DNA of 64,000 nt from an uncultured virus (IMG/VR IMGVR_UViG_3300007735_000782). Its lineage: Duplodnaviria; Heunggongvirae; Uroviricota; Caudoviricetes. The position numbers and the translations under genes were made by a program. This document shows, piece after piece, positions 48,551-57,381 of the stretch. The notes beneath the pieces were generated by a model. That model did no database searches. It was not told where the DNA came from and was given only the letters and a program-made list of their open reading frames with translations. Positions within the stretch are counted from its first letter, which is position 1. Each line of letters starts with the position of its first letter. The DNA is taken from IMG/VR virus record IMGVR_UViG_3300007735_000782, one strand, 5' to 3'.

Positions 48551-48829
48551 TTATTTTTCTTTACAAACGGCTTCCATCAGTTGCTTTTGGCTAATTCGCT
48601 TGCCATTAACGTTCCATGATGTATTTCGGCTTAATTTACCATTTATGCAACGATTGGAAATAGTGCAATTAATTTCTTTACCATTGAATTTTCCTATAGC
48701 CTGGCCATAGCCTTCATTGCGGTGGGCAACATAAGCTTGATCATAAAGTTTACCAGTAAAAACATAAGCTTCAGCGTGAAGTTGAGAGGCTCCCACTGCT
48801 AACAATTGATCTTTAGAAAGGTAATGCAT
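48551..48829 (-). CDS. Hypothetical early protein
   Basis: 92-aa ORF. Confidence 0.6.
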   Translation of the reverse strand: MHYLSKDQLLAVGASQLHAEAYVFTGKLYDQAYVAHRNEGYGQAIGKFNGKEINCTISNRCINGKLSRNTSWNVNGKRISQKQLMEAVCKEK

Positions 48830-48831
48830 GA

Positions 48832-49011
48832 TTAACGAGCGTTGATGATGTTGTAGAAATACTGTTCAGCTTCCCACTTGTTATTAAAGATGCCGCAGGA
48901 AGTATATTTACGGTGAGGGATTTGCCCTTGCCAGTAATATGCTTCCCATTTGTAGCAACCATTGGCAAGCATGATGCTTCTAACGTCGTAACCCAATTCT
49001 GATGTTTTCAT
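48832..49011 (-). CDS. Hypothetical early protein (59 aa, not in ORF track)
   Basis: MKTSELGYDVRSIMLANGCYKWEAYYW...; tiles between neighbours with 2-nt gaps. Confidence 0.55.
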   Translation of the reverse strand: MKTSELGYDVRSIMLANGCYKWEAYYWQGQIPHRKYTSCGIFNNKWEAEQYFYNIINAR

Positions 49012-49013
49012 GA

Positions 49014-49220
49014 TCAGTTAATAACGATGTGGTGGCTGGTGTTGTTGATGCGTAAATGGTTCAAATAATCGTCGTATTTTTGTTGCCATTCGGCAGCAGT
49101 GTTAAAGAGCTTGATGAAATAGTCGGGATCAGGGCAGCCAGCAGCTAAATACTTGTTGACTGTTTCCAGCCAGAACTGCTGCTGCCTGGCTACTTCGTCG
49201 CCATAAGAAGAGAATGGCAT
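49014..49220 (-). CDS. Hypothetical early protein
   Basis: Start MPFSSY follows promoter-hairpin cassette. Confidence 0.6.
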   Translation of the reverse strand: MPFSSYGDEVARQQQFWLETVNKYLAAGCPDPDYFIKLFNTAAEWQQKYDDYLNHLRINNTSHHIVIN

Positions 49221-49304
49221 GGGAGAAACTAAAGGTGAGAGCTCTCGCTCGTTGAAAGAACAATAGAACGAAAAGGGGGCTTTTGGCCCCCTCTGTAACA
49301 AAAC

Positions 49305-49685
49305 TTAACAAAAATCAGTGCGGCCATTGGAATAGGCAAACCATTCCCTTTTGCCTGTGCTGGCTGCTTTTTGCCATGCAGCCCATTGCTCAGGTAATTC
49401 TGCGCTCTCGATGCGAGTGCCAGCAGGCACATTTATCGCGCCTGCCAGTGTGGAGATCGTCCACTGATCATTGACAGGGCCATTGATGTACCACGTTTTG
49501 CAAACATGCAGCAGGCCAACCATTTCGAGCTGGCGAGGGTTAGCAGCACCCATCCGCACGTTAATCGGGAACGGTTCGTGCCAATCGGGCACTGTTACCA
49601 CAATGCTGATGCGCTCTAAACCATCAAATTTGGTGTAGTGGCCAGCAGTGGTGAGCTGGTCAACTGTGTGATTAAGGCTAATCAT
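49305..49685 (-). CDS. Hypothetical early protein
   Basis: 126-aa ORF after promoter-hairpin cassette. Confidence 0.65.
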   Translation of the reverse strand: MISLNHTVDQLTTAGHYTKFDGLERISIVVTVPDWHEPFPINVRMGAANPRQLEMVGLLHVCKTWYINGPVNDQWTISTLAGAINVPAGTRIESAELPEQWAAWQKAASTGKREWFAYSNGRTDFC

Positions 49686-49792
49686 GATTGTGAATGCAAT
49701 GGTGGTGGAAGCTCTCGCCTCCGTCCCTAAATTATTGCACTAAAAAAGCCAGAAGGCACCCCCTGGCTGATTAGCTTTACTTATTGAAACAA

Positions 49793-49984
49793 TTAATGCT
49801 TGGGAGGGCTAATGCCTTCCACCACTTTAAATTTACGGTTAGTGAACAGGAAACGCAGGCCCTGCGCTTTTAGCTCCAGGGCATCACGATCGGGGCTGCT
49901 GCCGAAATGGTGCCATATTCCTGCAGGATCACGAGCCCATAACGAAAAGCCGGGCTCGCGCCGATTAGCAACTGCTGCGGTCAT
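49793..49984 (-). CDS. Hypothetical early protein
   Basis: MTAAVAN start is ATGA-coupled to upstream gene. Confidence 0.55.
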   Translation of the reverse strand: MTAAVANRREPGFSLWARDPAGIWHHFGSSPDRDALELKAQGLRFLFTNRKFKVVEGISPPKH

Positions 49985-50265
49985 GGCTGTAGCTCCAAAA
50001 TTTTGCCTTTGGCCTTGATGCTGATCACGCGATTGCAATCGAACGAACGCCAGGCCCCACCACCATGGGTGCGGGCGATGGTGAAATCACGGCAGCGGAT
50101 GATTGCAGGATTAGTCAATTTGTAGCCAGTGCCCTTAATTTCTTGCGTGTCGCGAGGATTAAATTGCAGCGAGCGCTTTTCGCCATTGGTTTTAATAAAA
50201 TTAACGGAGATGATGCTGCTGCCAGCATCGCGAATAAAGCTTTTGATGAGAGTGGTTTTGTCCAT
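49981..50265 (-). CDS. SH3-like beta-barrel protein (DUF2693-like)
   Basis: 'V.F.K.NGE.R', 'D.....WRSF'; start MDKTT after cassette. Confidence 0.6.
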   Translation of the reverse strand: MDKTTLIKSFIRDAGSSIISVNFIKTNGEKRSLQFNPRDTQEIKGTGYKLTNPAIIRCRDFTIARTHGGGAWRSFDCNRVISIKAKGKILELQP

Positions 50266-50357
50266 GGATTGGGAGGGATGGGGAGCCTCTCGGCTCGTTG
50301 ACAGAATAGTAAACGATGGAGGAGCCATTAGGCCCCTTTGTTGCTTTTCTTAATAAT

Positions 50358-50534
50358 TCATTCCGCGATGGTGGAGGGAGCGTAGGTTAGGCGGCAGTAG
50401 CGTTCGGGGTGGAGCAATTGACACGCAGCCAGACCCTTGAGATCATCCTGAGGCTGGGGCGACAGGCTGATGGCTAGTCCCAGAATGGTGGCGCTAGCCG
50501 CTAGGAGAGCAGCGCTATGGACGGAGGTGATCAT
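50358..50534 (-). CDS. Small membrane protein with CQxxHxxxYCR motif
   Basis: Hydrophobic N-terminus then 'CQLLHPERYCR'. Confidence 0.6.
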   Translation of the reverse strand: MITSVHSAALLAASATILGLAISLSPQPQDDLKGLAACQLLHPERYCRLTYAPSTIAE

Positions 50535-50623
50535 GGCTAACGGAAGGAACATGCGCATATTACAAAGCTGGCTGGATCTTCCGAGGGGATTGTAATTTCT
50601 CTTTACAAAGCTGGCCGGAGCAT

Positions 50624-50646
50624 AAAAAAAGCGGGCCTAAGCCCGC
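50624..50646 (-). terminator. Rho-independent terminator after rlpA-like gene
   Basis: GCGGGCTTAGGCCCGCTTTTTTT on minus strand. Confidence 0.8.
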
Positions 50647-50669
50647 CATTTCCTCACAACCCTCAGCCA

Positions 50670-51032
50670 TTATGCCCTAGACCAGCACACCTTTGCAACC
50701 CCCTGCTCAGGGCTGGCAATTCTGCTGAATGCGCCATAACTCAGATCTAGATCACGGCCTGCAATAAAAGGGCCTCGGTCGGTAACTGTTACGGCCACGG
50801 CCCTGCCATTATTTGGATTGCTAACTAGGAGCCTGGTGCCAAATGGCAGGTAACGATGGGCAGTAGTCAAGCCATGAGCATTGAAGCGGCTACCATCAGC
50901 GGCCTGGCGGCCATGAAAACCATCACCGAGGCCATAGAAACTAGCGTGGGAGCATGCGGATGAGGCCCCCATTGCAGCAGGCGCAAAAGCACCAATGGCA
51001 ATGGAAGCAGAAAGGAAAAATGATTTAAGCAC
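50670..51032 (-). CDS. rlpA: RlpA-family lytic transglycosylase (DPBB) with signal peptide
   Basis: 'ASFYG..FHGR..A.G..FN....T.AHR.LPFGT', 'V.DRGPF..GR.LDLS'. Confidence 0.92.
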   Translation of the reverse strand: MLKSFFLSASIAIGAFAPAAMGASSACSHASFYGLGDGFHGRQAADGSRFNAHGLTTAHRYLPFGTRLLVSNPNNGRAVAVTVTDRGPFIAGRDLDLSYGAFSRIASPEQGVAKVCWSRA

Positions 51033-51140
51033 TGTTTTAGGAAGAAAGTTAGCAAGAACCCGCCAGGTCTCCCTGCGGTAACGCTCAGTTTATCACAAAT
51101 CAAAAGCTTGTGGTTTGACGGTCTTGGTGTTATGATTCTT

Positions 51141-51277
51141 TTGTTGGTCGGTCCTCCCCGCAAGGCTGGACGGTTTTGATAGGAAGGGCTATCCCGTAAG
51201 GGACGCCGGGCGCTCATGGTTAGCCTGCAAGGCTTCCTATCCCTGTGTTCAGGAGCGAAGCTATCGGAGGCCAACAA
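51141..51277 (+). ncRNA. Candidate structured ncRNA
   Basis: Extended -10 TGTTATGAT upstream, closing helix TTGTTGGTC/GGCCAACAA, internal helix GATAGGAAG/CTTCCTATC, GNRA-type hairpins, terminator downstream. Confidence 0.7.
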
Positions 51278-51282
51278 ACAAT

Positions 51283-51314
51283 AAAAAAGGGGGCCTTTTG
51301 GCCCCTTTTCTTTT
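51283..51314. terminator. Bidirectional terminator
   Basis: AAAAAAGGGGGCC-TTTT-GGCCCCTTTTCTTTT. Confidence 0.8.
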
Positions 51315-51492
51315 AGCTTTGTTCGTCTTCAAAGCTGAAAAACTTATCAATCTCCAGCCATATACGATCTTCAATGGCCTCGAAGATTAGTTCGTCATGA
51401 GGTTTATCTACGTGCTTAAAGGCACGTTTATAACCGTCTCGAATGCCAGTGATGATAGCTTCTTCGAGCACTGGTCTAAATAGTGCCTTCAT
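51313..51492 (-). CDS. Hypothetical protein (59 aa, not in ORF track)
   Basis: MKALFRPVLEEAIITGIRDGYKRAFKHVDKP...; ATGA-coupled. Confidence 0.65.
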   Translation of the reverse strand: MKALFRPVLEEAIITGIRDGYKRAFKHVDKPHDELIFEAIEDRIWLEIDKFFSFEDEQS

Positions 51493-51815
51493 GCCACTTC
51501 TCCAATGGCAGCAGCATAAGCCACTAAATAAGCCATTTGATCATCAGCAGTGGGTGCTGCAGTGACAATTTCATTGTGCTCCTCGATGTGACGAGCATGA
51601 ACAACTTTTAAAGTGATTAGCAGTTCCACTAATGATGATTGATGGCAATTATCTACGCCTGGCAGTAATTGCTCCAGTGTGGTAATGCTGTTTTCAAGTT
51701 GCTTCACTCGTAACCAACAAGCCACCACTGGGTTATCAAAATTCATCACCAGCCTTGAGCCTAAAAAGGCGCTGGTAGAACCGTTGTATTCTGTTTGGAC
51801 AATGGCAACAGTCAT
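51489..51815 (-). CDS. Hypothetical protein
   Basis: 108-aa ORF. Confidence 0.6.
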   Translation of the reverse strand: MTVAIVQTEYNGSTSAFLGSRLVMNFDNPVVACWLRVKQLENSITTLEQLLPGVDNCHQSSLVELLITLKVVHARHIEEHNEIVTAAPTADDQMAYLVAYAAAIGEVA

Positions 51816-51879
51816 GGGCTTTGTTTGAAGGCTCCACCATCATGATCACCATTGTTTTTTTTGTCAATACATTTCGCTA

Positions 51880-52230
51880 TTAGCTTTGCTTATCGTTTAT
51901 TGGTTTCCAGCCTTCTGCAAGAAGGCGATGTTTACCAATGGTATTAAAATATACATGCCTATTTGTACGTTCAATTACTGTTTGGAATGCTTGTCTCATC
52001 CTTCTATTTAATGGTTCTTCAGGTTCTGATAACCAGCTTTTAGCCCAGTCAGCCACTTCTTCAATGTCTTTTAAATCATTAGTATGAACAATAAAAAATT
52101 TACCACATTGCTTAAACTTACGCCACACTGGATGCACTAAAGGCTCTTGCGCTGCTATTTCTCTAACATGTGCTGTTAATGTTGGCGGCATATAAAGAGC
52201 CACTGTTGGTAAAAATGGAGAGCTAGACAT
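51880..52230 (-). CDS. Hypothetical protein
   Basis: MSSSPF start preceded by GGGAGGA. Confidence 0.6.
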   Translation of the reverse strand: MSSSPFLPTVALYMPPTLTAHVREIAAQEPLVHPVWRKFKQCGKFFIVHTNDLKDIEEVADWAKSWLSEPEEPLNRRMRQAFQTVIERTNRHVYFNTIGKHRLLAEGWKPINDKQS

Positions 52231-52383
52231 ATTCCTCCCGCAATTGAAAAGCATCAACAATTGCTTGGCCTGCACTAAGTTCCTGCGCTAACAAAAAGGC
52301 CATTTGCTCATCTCTAGCAATTAAAGCAAAGCTGTCGCCATTATCAAGAACAATGGTAAAAACGTCCATCATATTACCGCGAA

Positions 52384-52839
52384 TCATTGCTCCCCTCCAA
52401 AAAATGTTTCGGGAGCTATATCTCGCTCTTCCATATCTTTAAGGATGGCTTTGCTGATTGTACTTTTTAACATTTTTTTCCATTGTTCATCACCGCCAAA
52501 GCTACCAGTTTGTTCTATTAATTGAAGGATTGTACAAATACGACTTAAATCGCTCATTGTAGCCAACCCTTCGTTTGTATTATTTTGTTCTATATGCTGT
52601 TGTAAAACACTACTATGAAGAGCATGCCATTTACCAATGCAAAATAAACTAATTTGTCTAAATGCTTCATCACCAAAAGCTTCAAATAAATTTTCAAATG
52701 GTGCTACTAAATCAGGCGGAATACCAACCATAGACGGATCTTCCAGGATTGGTTCTAAATTGTCATCAATTACATCACGGCTATTTTGTTTGGCGGCTTG
52801 GGCTTGACGAAGGAAATCGTCCACTGAAGAAAAATCCAT
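52384..52839 (-). CDS. Hypothetical protein
   Basis: 151-aa ORF. Confidence 0.65.
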   Translation of the reverse strand: MDFSSVDDFLRQAQAAKQNSRDVIDDNLEPILEDPSMVGIPPDLVAPFENLFEAFGDEAFRQISLFCIGKWHALHSSVLQQHIEQNNTNEGLATMSDLSRICTILQLIEQTGSFGGDEQWKKMLKSTISKAILKDMEERDIAPETFFGGEQ

Positions 52840-52907
52840 GGAGCAGCAAGAAACGCAATACCAGCATGATGGAGATTAGCGCAAATGTCAATGGCATTGT
52901 AATTTCT

Positions 52908-53606
52908 TTAGACATCTACTGCCTGCAGGGCTAATGGTGGTTCAATGGGAGTGTCATCATCTGCTACTACGAAATCAGCATCAATGGCAAGTGATTGCTG
53001 TTCTTTTTCTTTTACATCACCAATTGTTTTAGCTAGATCATCTAGGAAATTCTTATAGCTTTTCTTTTCTTCTGCTTGTGGTTTAATTTCATATAATCCC
53101 AACACTTTAGCTTGTTGTTCTAAACAACTTCTAGCAACAGTAAGGAATGAACTTTCACCTGCTCCTTCAGTAACAGTAACTGTTTCACCACGATCAGTAG
53201 ATGTGGTAACAGTGCGTCGTTTACTTGCTTCAAACTGAGAAAGGGCTTGTTCTTTTAATTGCATTGCTTCGTTTAATATACGAGCGCGATGACAATCTTG
53301 ACTTTTAAGAATGCTTTCTGTCCATAAGCTTCTATTTTGTTGCCGGTCTTGGTTAACAGTTTCTTTGCTTAATTTTAACACCCTTGATATTTGTGAATTA
53401 CTAAGGTTTGATGCTAATAATTCTTGCACCATAAAACGCCTTAAACCAATGCTTTCTTTGGTATATGGAATCTTGCCAGGCCCATTGCCTACTTTATCGC
53501 GTATCTTATCCACTTGCTCTGGTGTTAAACCAGCTTCCACTAATACACGCAAGCCATAACGTAGCTCGGCTTGTTCATCAGGAAAGTTAACAATGGGGAG
53601 AGGCAT
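52908..53606 (-). CDS. HTH protein, possible terminase small subunit
   Basis: HTH 'LSNSQISRVLKLSKETVNQD', then helices ending 'KVLGLY'. Confidence 0.5.
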   Translation of the reverse strand: MPLPIVNFPDEQAELRYGLRVLVEAGLTPEQVDKIRDKVGNGPGKIPYTKESIGLRRFMVQELLASNLSNSQISRVLKLSKETVNQDRQQNRSLWTESILKSQDCHRARILNEAMQLKEQALSQFEASKRRTVTTSTDRGETVTVTEGAGESSFLTVARSCLEQQAKVLGLYEIKPQAEEKKSYKNFLDDLAKTIGDVKEKEQQSLAIDADFVVADDDTPIEPPLALQAVDV

Positions 53607-53687
53607 TGCAAAAGCTTGGTTTTTCTTACAGCCTATTGTACTGCAGGAAAGCGGCCCAATGGCCGCTGTTGATTTTAATTTCTATGG

Positions 53688-54038
53688 TTAAAACAATTCT
53701 TCTTCTTTTGCGAATAAATAAACCAAACTTTCTTTATAACCAATAATTTCAAAATCTCCTAAATCATCAGCTAACTTCTTGGCTTCCTTTAGGGAAGCTT
53801 CTAATTCTTTTATGTCACTATTATATTTTTTATCTGCACGTTTTTGTAATCTTACAGTGCCGTGTTTTGTTGATTCTTTTTCTAAACCAATACTTTGCAT
53901 TAATTCTTGAATTTCAGCTTTACATAAAGTTTCCTTTTCAACTAATGCCTTTTGTCTAGTTTTGATGCTTTCTAATTCTTGAATCAAACCATCCAAGTCT
54001 TTAAGATCATTATCAATTGTGGATGTGTTATCAATCAT
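53688..54038 (-). CDS. Hypothetical coiled-coil protein
   Basis: MIDNTST start; heptad pattern. Confidence 0.55.
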   Translation of the reverse strand: MIDNTSTIDNDLKDLDGLIQELESIKTRQKALVEKETLCKAEIQELMQSIGLEKESTKHGTVRLQKRADKKYNSDIKELEASLKEAKKLADDLGDFEIIGYKESLVYLFAKEEELF

Positions 54039-54273
54039 GATTGGAGGATAATGGTGAAGGAGCAAAATTACGATCAATGAGAAGAATAATTTCTTCTAAA
54101 CTAGAGCGCCAATGGCGCTCATTTCTTTTATCACGAGCACCATAAAGCATGCGATCTTTAGGCAATGCACCACGATCTGGCCTTGAATAACCATGATGAT
54201 TGATCACAGTAATTTCTAAACCATTGTGTTCCAGGGATGGAAGCACATCAGGAGCGATAGGACGAAAAGGCAT
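54031..54273 (-). CDS. Hypothetical protein
   Basis: 80-aa ORF. Confidence 0.55.
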   Translation of the reverse strand: MPFRPIAPDVLPSLEHNGLEITVINHHGYSRPDRGALPKDRMLYGARDKRNERHWRSSLEEIILLIDRNFAPSPLSSNHD

Positions 54274-54559
54274 AAGTGGCCTGAAGACTTCACTATCGTA
54301 CCACTAAGAAAATTAAAAGCAAGAAGCGATAGAGAATTAAAGCACCTTATGAAGGACGACCTTGGGGGTCTACCTGCTCGTACGGTGCAGAGCGAAGGGA
54401 ACTTATGGCTTTACCATCGTTTCCTTCTAAGCGGAAGCGCTGCAGGGTAGGAATGTTCAGGAAACCCTAGGCGCGTAGATAAGAAGGAAAACCTTCGGGA
54501 CGATTCTACGCACCCCCTCCAAATCAAAATGTGCCAGTTAGCTAATTGGCATAAAACAA

Positions 54560-54760
54560 TTAGCCAAATCCTTTCGGTGAGTGGCGAGCAATATTTATTT
54601 CTTCAACAATCAATTCGGCTTCATCGTCTCCTTCGACAATATCCTCCAATGCTTCAAACAAAACTTCCTCGAAAGCAGCTTGCGAATTTATGATTTCCGC
54701 GCTGGTATCACTAATTATTGAATGCAATGCATGGAAATTGGCATTAGTTGGAATTGTCAT
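54560..54760 (-). CDS. Hypothetical acidic protein
   Basis: MTIPTNAN start; E/D-rich. Confidence 0.5.
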   Translation of the reverse strand: MTIPTNANFHALHSIISDTSAEIINSQAAFEEVLFEALEDIVEGDDEAELIVEEINIARHSPKGFG

Positions 54761-54841
54761 AATTAGAGATAAGCTAACTGTAATTATAAAGCCATTCATT
54801 AAAAAAGGCCCCAAGGGCCTTTGTAATTCTATTTTTTTGTT

Positions 54842-56767
54842 TCAAAAGAAATCTTCCGTCTCCTCCTCTTCTGGCTTGTAATCCCACGAATGGTAAAGCC
54901 TAGTTTTTTCTCCGTTAGGGCCATTCTGGAAGCTGCTAGTAATCAAGCCCTGCCGCCGTGCCACTTCCAGCATCTTGGCTGTAGATGAAATTTCCAGTGA
55001 TCCACTTAAAGCCGTCACTTGTTGTTTCGTGAGTCGTTCCTTCTTACGCATTTGCACTACATTCACGCATTGATCTAATTCAGCCAGTGAACCACCCAGA
55101 GGCCCTGCATAATGCCAGCCATAATTCAATGGATCACGCTGCAACATGTGTTTACCAGTAAGGCCACTCCTGCTCTTCATCCATTCAAAATGGAATTGGC
55201 TAGGGTCACCATTGTTTTCTGGTTTGGTAAGTTTCACCACTTCACTAACATTATCTACAAAGCTAGTGGAATCCCTTAAGCCACCACTTTTATTTAAATG
55301 GTGAAGAATAATAAAACTAACATTATATTTATTGGCAATATCACGTAGATCATAAATTACATCACCAGCATTACTTCTAACCAAATCAACATCCATGCCA
55401 GCAAGGCATGCAGTGAGAGAATCAATGGCAATAAACACAGGGCGATGTTTTCTCACGTAATCTTCTAATTGCTTGATATGACCAAAACGCCAATTCTCCC
55501 AAAATGTAATATCACCTTCTTCAAGCCCTGCATCCTTATAACCAATAACACCAAGCTTTTCACTGGTATCAACTAATGGTTCATCACTTTGAATGATCAA
55601 GCATTTGCCTTTGAGGCATCGCCTGCCGCTCCATGATTGACCAAGGGCAATATTAAGAGCCCAGTTATAGATAAGTGTTGATTTACCGGTGCCGCCTGAT
55701 GCAGCTAAAAGCATGACGGTTCCTAGTGGCATGATTCCTGCAATCAACCATTCTCTACATTGTTCAGACCTAGCAATGGTAAGGGCATCAATGTTTTCAA
55801 TTTCGTCTTTGCCATAAATACGAGCTTTGGCATCTTCAATAGTTTTATCAATGTTTTGCTGCGTCATCTTCACAGAATGCTGTTCTAACCATGAACTGGT
55901 TTCATATAGAACACGAGAATCACTGGTATAAAGACCAACAAAATTTTCAATGGTAGACATAATTTCATCATATGAAGGCTTACCATCTTTTCCTTTATGA
56001 AGATTTGCAGTAATAGAAGCTAATAAGTCATCCTTTGTAACGCCTTCTTCTATGTAATCAGCTAAATCCAAACCATTGCCATGAGGTAGATTTTTCCATT
56101 CCCATGATTTGGGATCGGCATAAAGCCACTGTGCCCCTGGATTATCGGCTTCAATTTCACGCATAAATGCAACGCCTTGTTCATCACGATCAGGCGCCAA
56201 CACAATATTATGCTGTTTAAACAATTGCGAATAATCGCCATTAGTTCGATATTGTTTACTGCCGCCCAAGAAAGTAACAGCAGGTAGGCCAAGAGACCAT
56301 ACTGCTTCACAAGTTAATTCACCTTCAACAATGATAATAGGCAAGCCAGTTTTCTTGCTTTCTTCAACTGCTTCTTTATATTTATATGGAAGAATATTTG
56401 CTTTAATATCTTTTAATTGAAGTTGATGATTAGACAATGAACGATCAATGGTAGGAAATTCTTGCCATATACGCTTACTGCCATTTGCATCATTGCGATG
56501 CACTATTACTACTTCACTGCCAGAGGTATCGGCATACGGGAACACATGAGAGCCAGTGGGACGGGCAGGCTTCTCCCATCTCTCCTTCGGGGCCAACGCC
56601 TCTCTGATTTCAGCTCGATGAGCGGGGTCTGTATTTGCCCAACAGTTATATGCACCTGTCTGTTTATTGACTGTAAAATCATTGCCGTTGCAAGCAGGAC
56701 AGAAGAATTTGCCTTTATCTGGCGCGGGCTTTAGCTGATCAATAAATTCCAGGATCGAAAAAGTCAT
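54842..56767 (-). CDS. DNA primase-helicase (Zn finger + TOPRIM + RecA-like AAA_25)
   Basis: 'CPAC', 'IVEGE', 'PDRD..G', 'GGTGKST', 'IAIDSL', 'LHHLNK'. Confidence 0.9.
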   Translation of the reverse strand: MTFSILEFIDQLKPAPDKGKFFCPACNGNDFTVNKQTGAYNCWANTDPAHRAEIREALAPKERWEKPARPTGSHVFPYADTSGSEVVIVHRNDANGSKRIWQEFPTIDRSLSNHQLQLKDIKANILPYKYKEAVEESKKTGLPIIIVEGELTCEAVWSLGLPAVTFLGGSKQYRTNGDYSQLFKQHNIVLAPDRDEQGVAFMREIEADNPGAQWLYADPKSWEWKNLPHGNGLDLADYIEEGVTKDDLLASITANLHKGKDGKPSYDEIMSTIENFVGLYTSDSRVLYETSSWLEQHSVKMTQQNIDKTIEDAKARIYGKDEIENIDALTIARSEQCREWLIAGIMPLGTVMLLAASGGTGKSTLIYNWALNIALGQSWSGRRCLKGKCLIIQSDEPLVDTSEKLGVIGYKDAGLEEGDITFWENWRFGHIKQLEDYVRKHRPVFIAIDSLTACLAGMDVDLVRSNAGDVIYDLRDIANKYNVSFIILHHLNKSGGLRDSTSFVDNVSEVVKLTKPENNGDPSQFHFEWMKSRSGLTGKHMLQRDPLNYGWHYAGPLGGSLAELDQCVNVVQMRKKERLTKQQVTALSGSLEISSTAKMLEVARRQGLITSSFQNGPNGEKTRLYHSWDYKPEEEETEDFF

Positions 56768-56906
56768 GCTGCAAGGAATAGCACTCACCATCATGCCAGC
56801 CATGGCTGCATTGCGCAAGGTAAATGGGCATAAGCAATTCTTATGGAAACAATGCTTGCCATTACAAGCTTCTAGGCTATTGTGGGCATGAACTTTGCGG
56901 CCTTCT

Positions 56907-57143
56907 ATGCCAAAAAGAATTTATGAAGGTGGCAAACGCCGTCATCATTTCACCATTTCTGATCAAGCATTTGCCCATTTGTCAGCAATTGCTGCAGATG
57001 GCACATTGTCTCGTTCGGAAGCGTTAGAGCGTCTCATACGTTCCACGCCATTATTTGAAGGCAGTGCCACGCTTGCTGATGGTGCCTGGCCTTTTGTTAT
57101 TGATCACTCATCCCCTTTGCCATTATCCCATGAACCTAGCTGA
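56907..57143 (+). CDS. Ribbon-helix-helix DNA-binding protein
   Basis: 'RHHFTISD.A...L..IA....LSRSEALERLIR'; divergent from primase. Confidence 0.7.
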   Translation: MPKRIYEGGKRRHHFTISDQAFAHLSAIAADGTLSRSEALERLIRSTPLFEGSATLADGAWPFVIDHSSPLPLSHEPS

Positions 57144-57381
57144 ATTAATTCAAGCCTTACAGCAAGCCGTTGCATTAGTGCCTGCTGATTCGGAGGTGGT
57201 CACTAGCTTTGAACAGGCCACGCTGGAAGAGGGCTTTTCGTGGGAACACACGGAAGGAATTTCCGATGTTCGCATTTGTAATGATTGGCCCCTGCCAGGT
57301 GACAGCATGCTGGTAGCTGAACATGAAAAGCCATTTAAGGTGATAATTTTCTATGACATCCATAGCAATTTAAATCCATGA
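57130..57381 (+). CDS. Hypothetical protein
   Basis: MNLAELIQAL start; coupled to next gene. Confidence 0.55.
   Translation: MNLAELIQALQQAVALVPADSEVVTSFEQATLEEGFSWEHTEGISDVRICNDWPLPGDSMLVAEHEKPFKVIIFYDIHSNLNP

Noticed and set aside
50591..50607. NtcA site TGTA...TACA
   Set aside because: Spacer is 9 nt rather than 8; the similar site at 46363 ends TAA instead of TAC
50867..51277. 136-aa minus-strand ORF over the ncRNA candidate
   Set aside because: Overlaps rlpA out of frame, has no motifs, and the region is better explained by RNA structure
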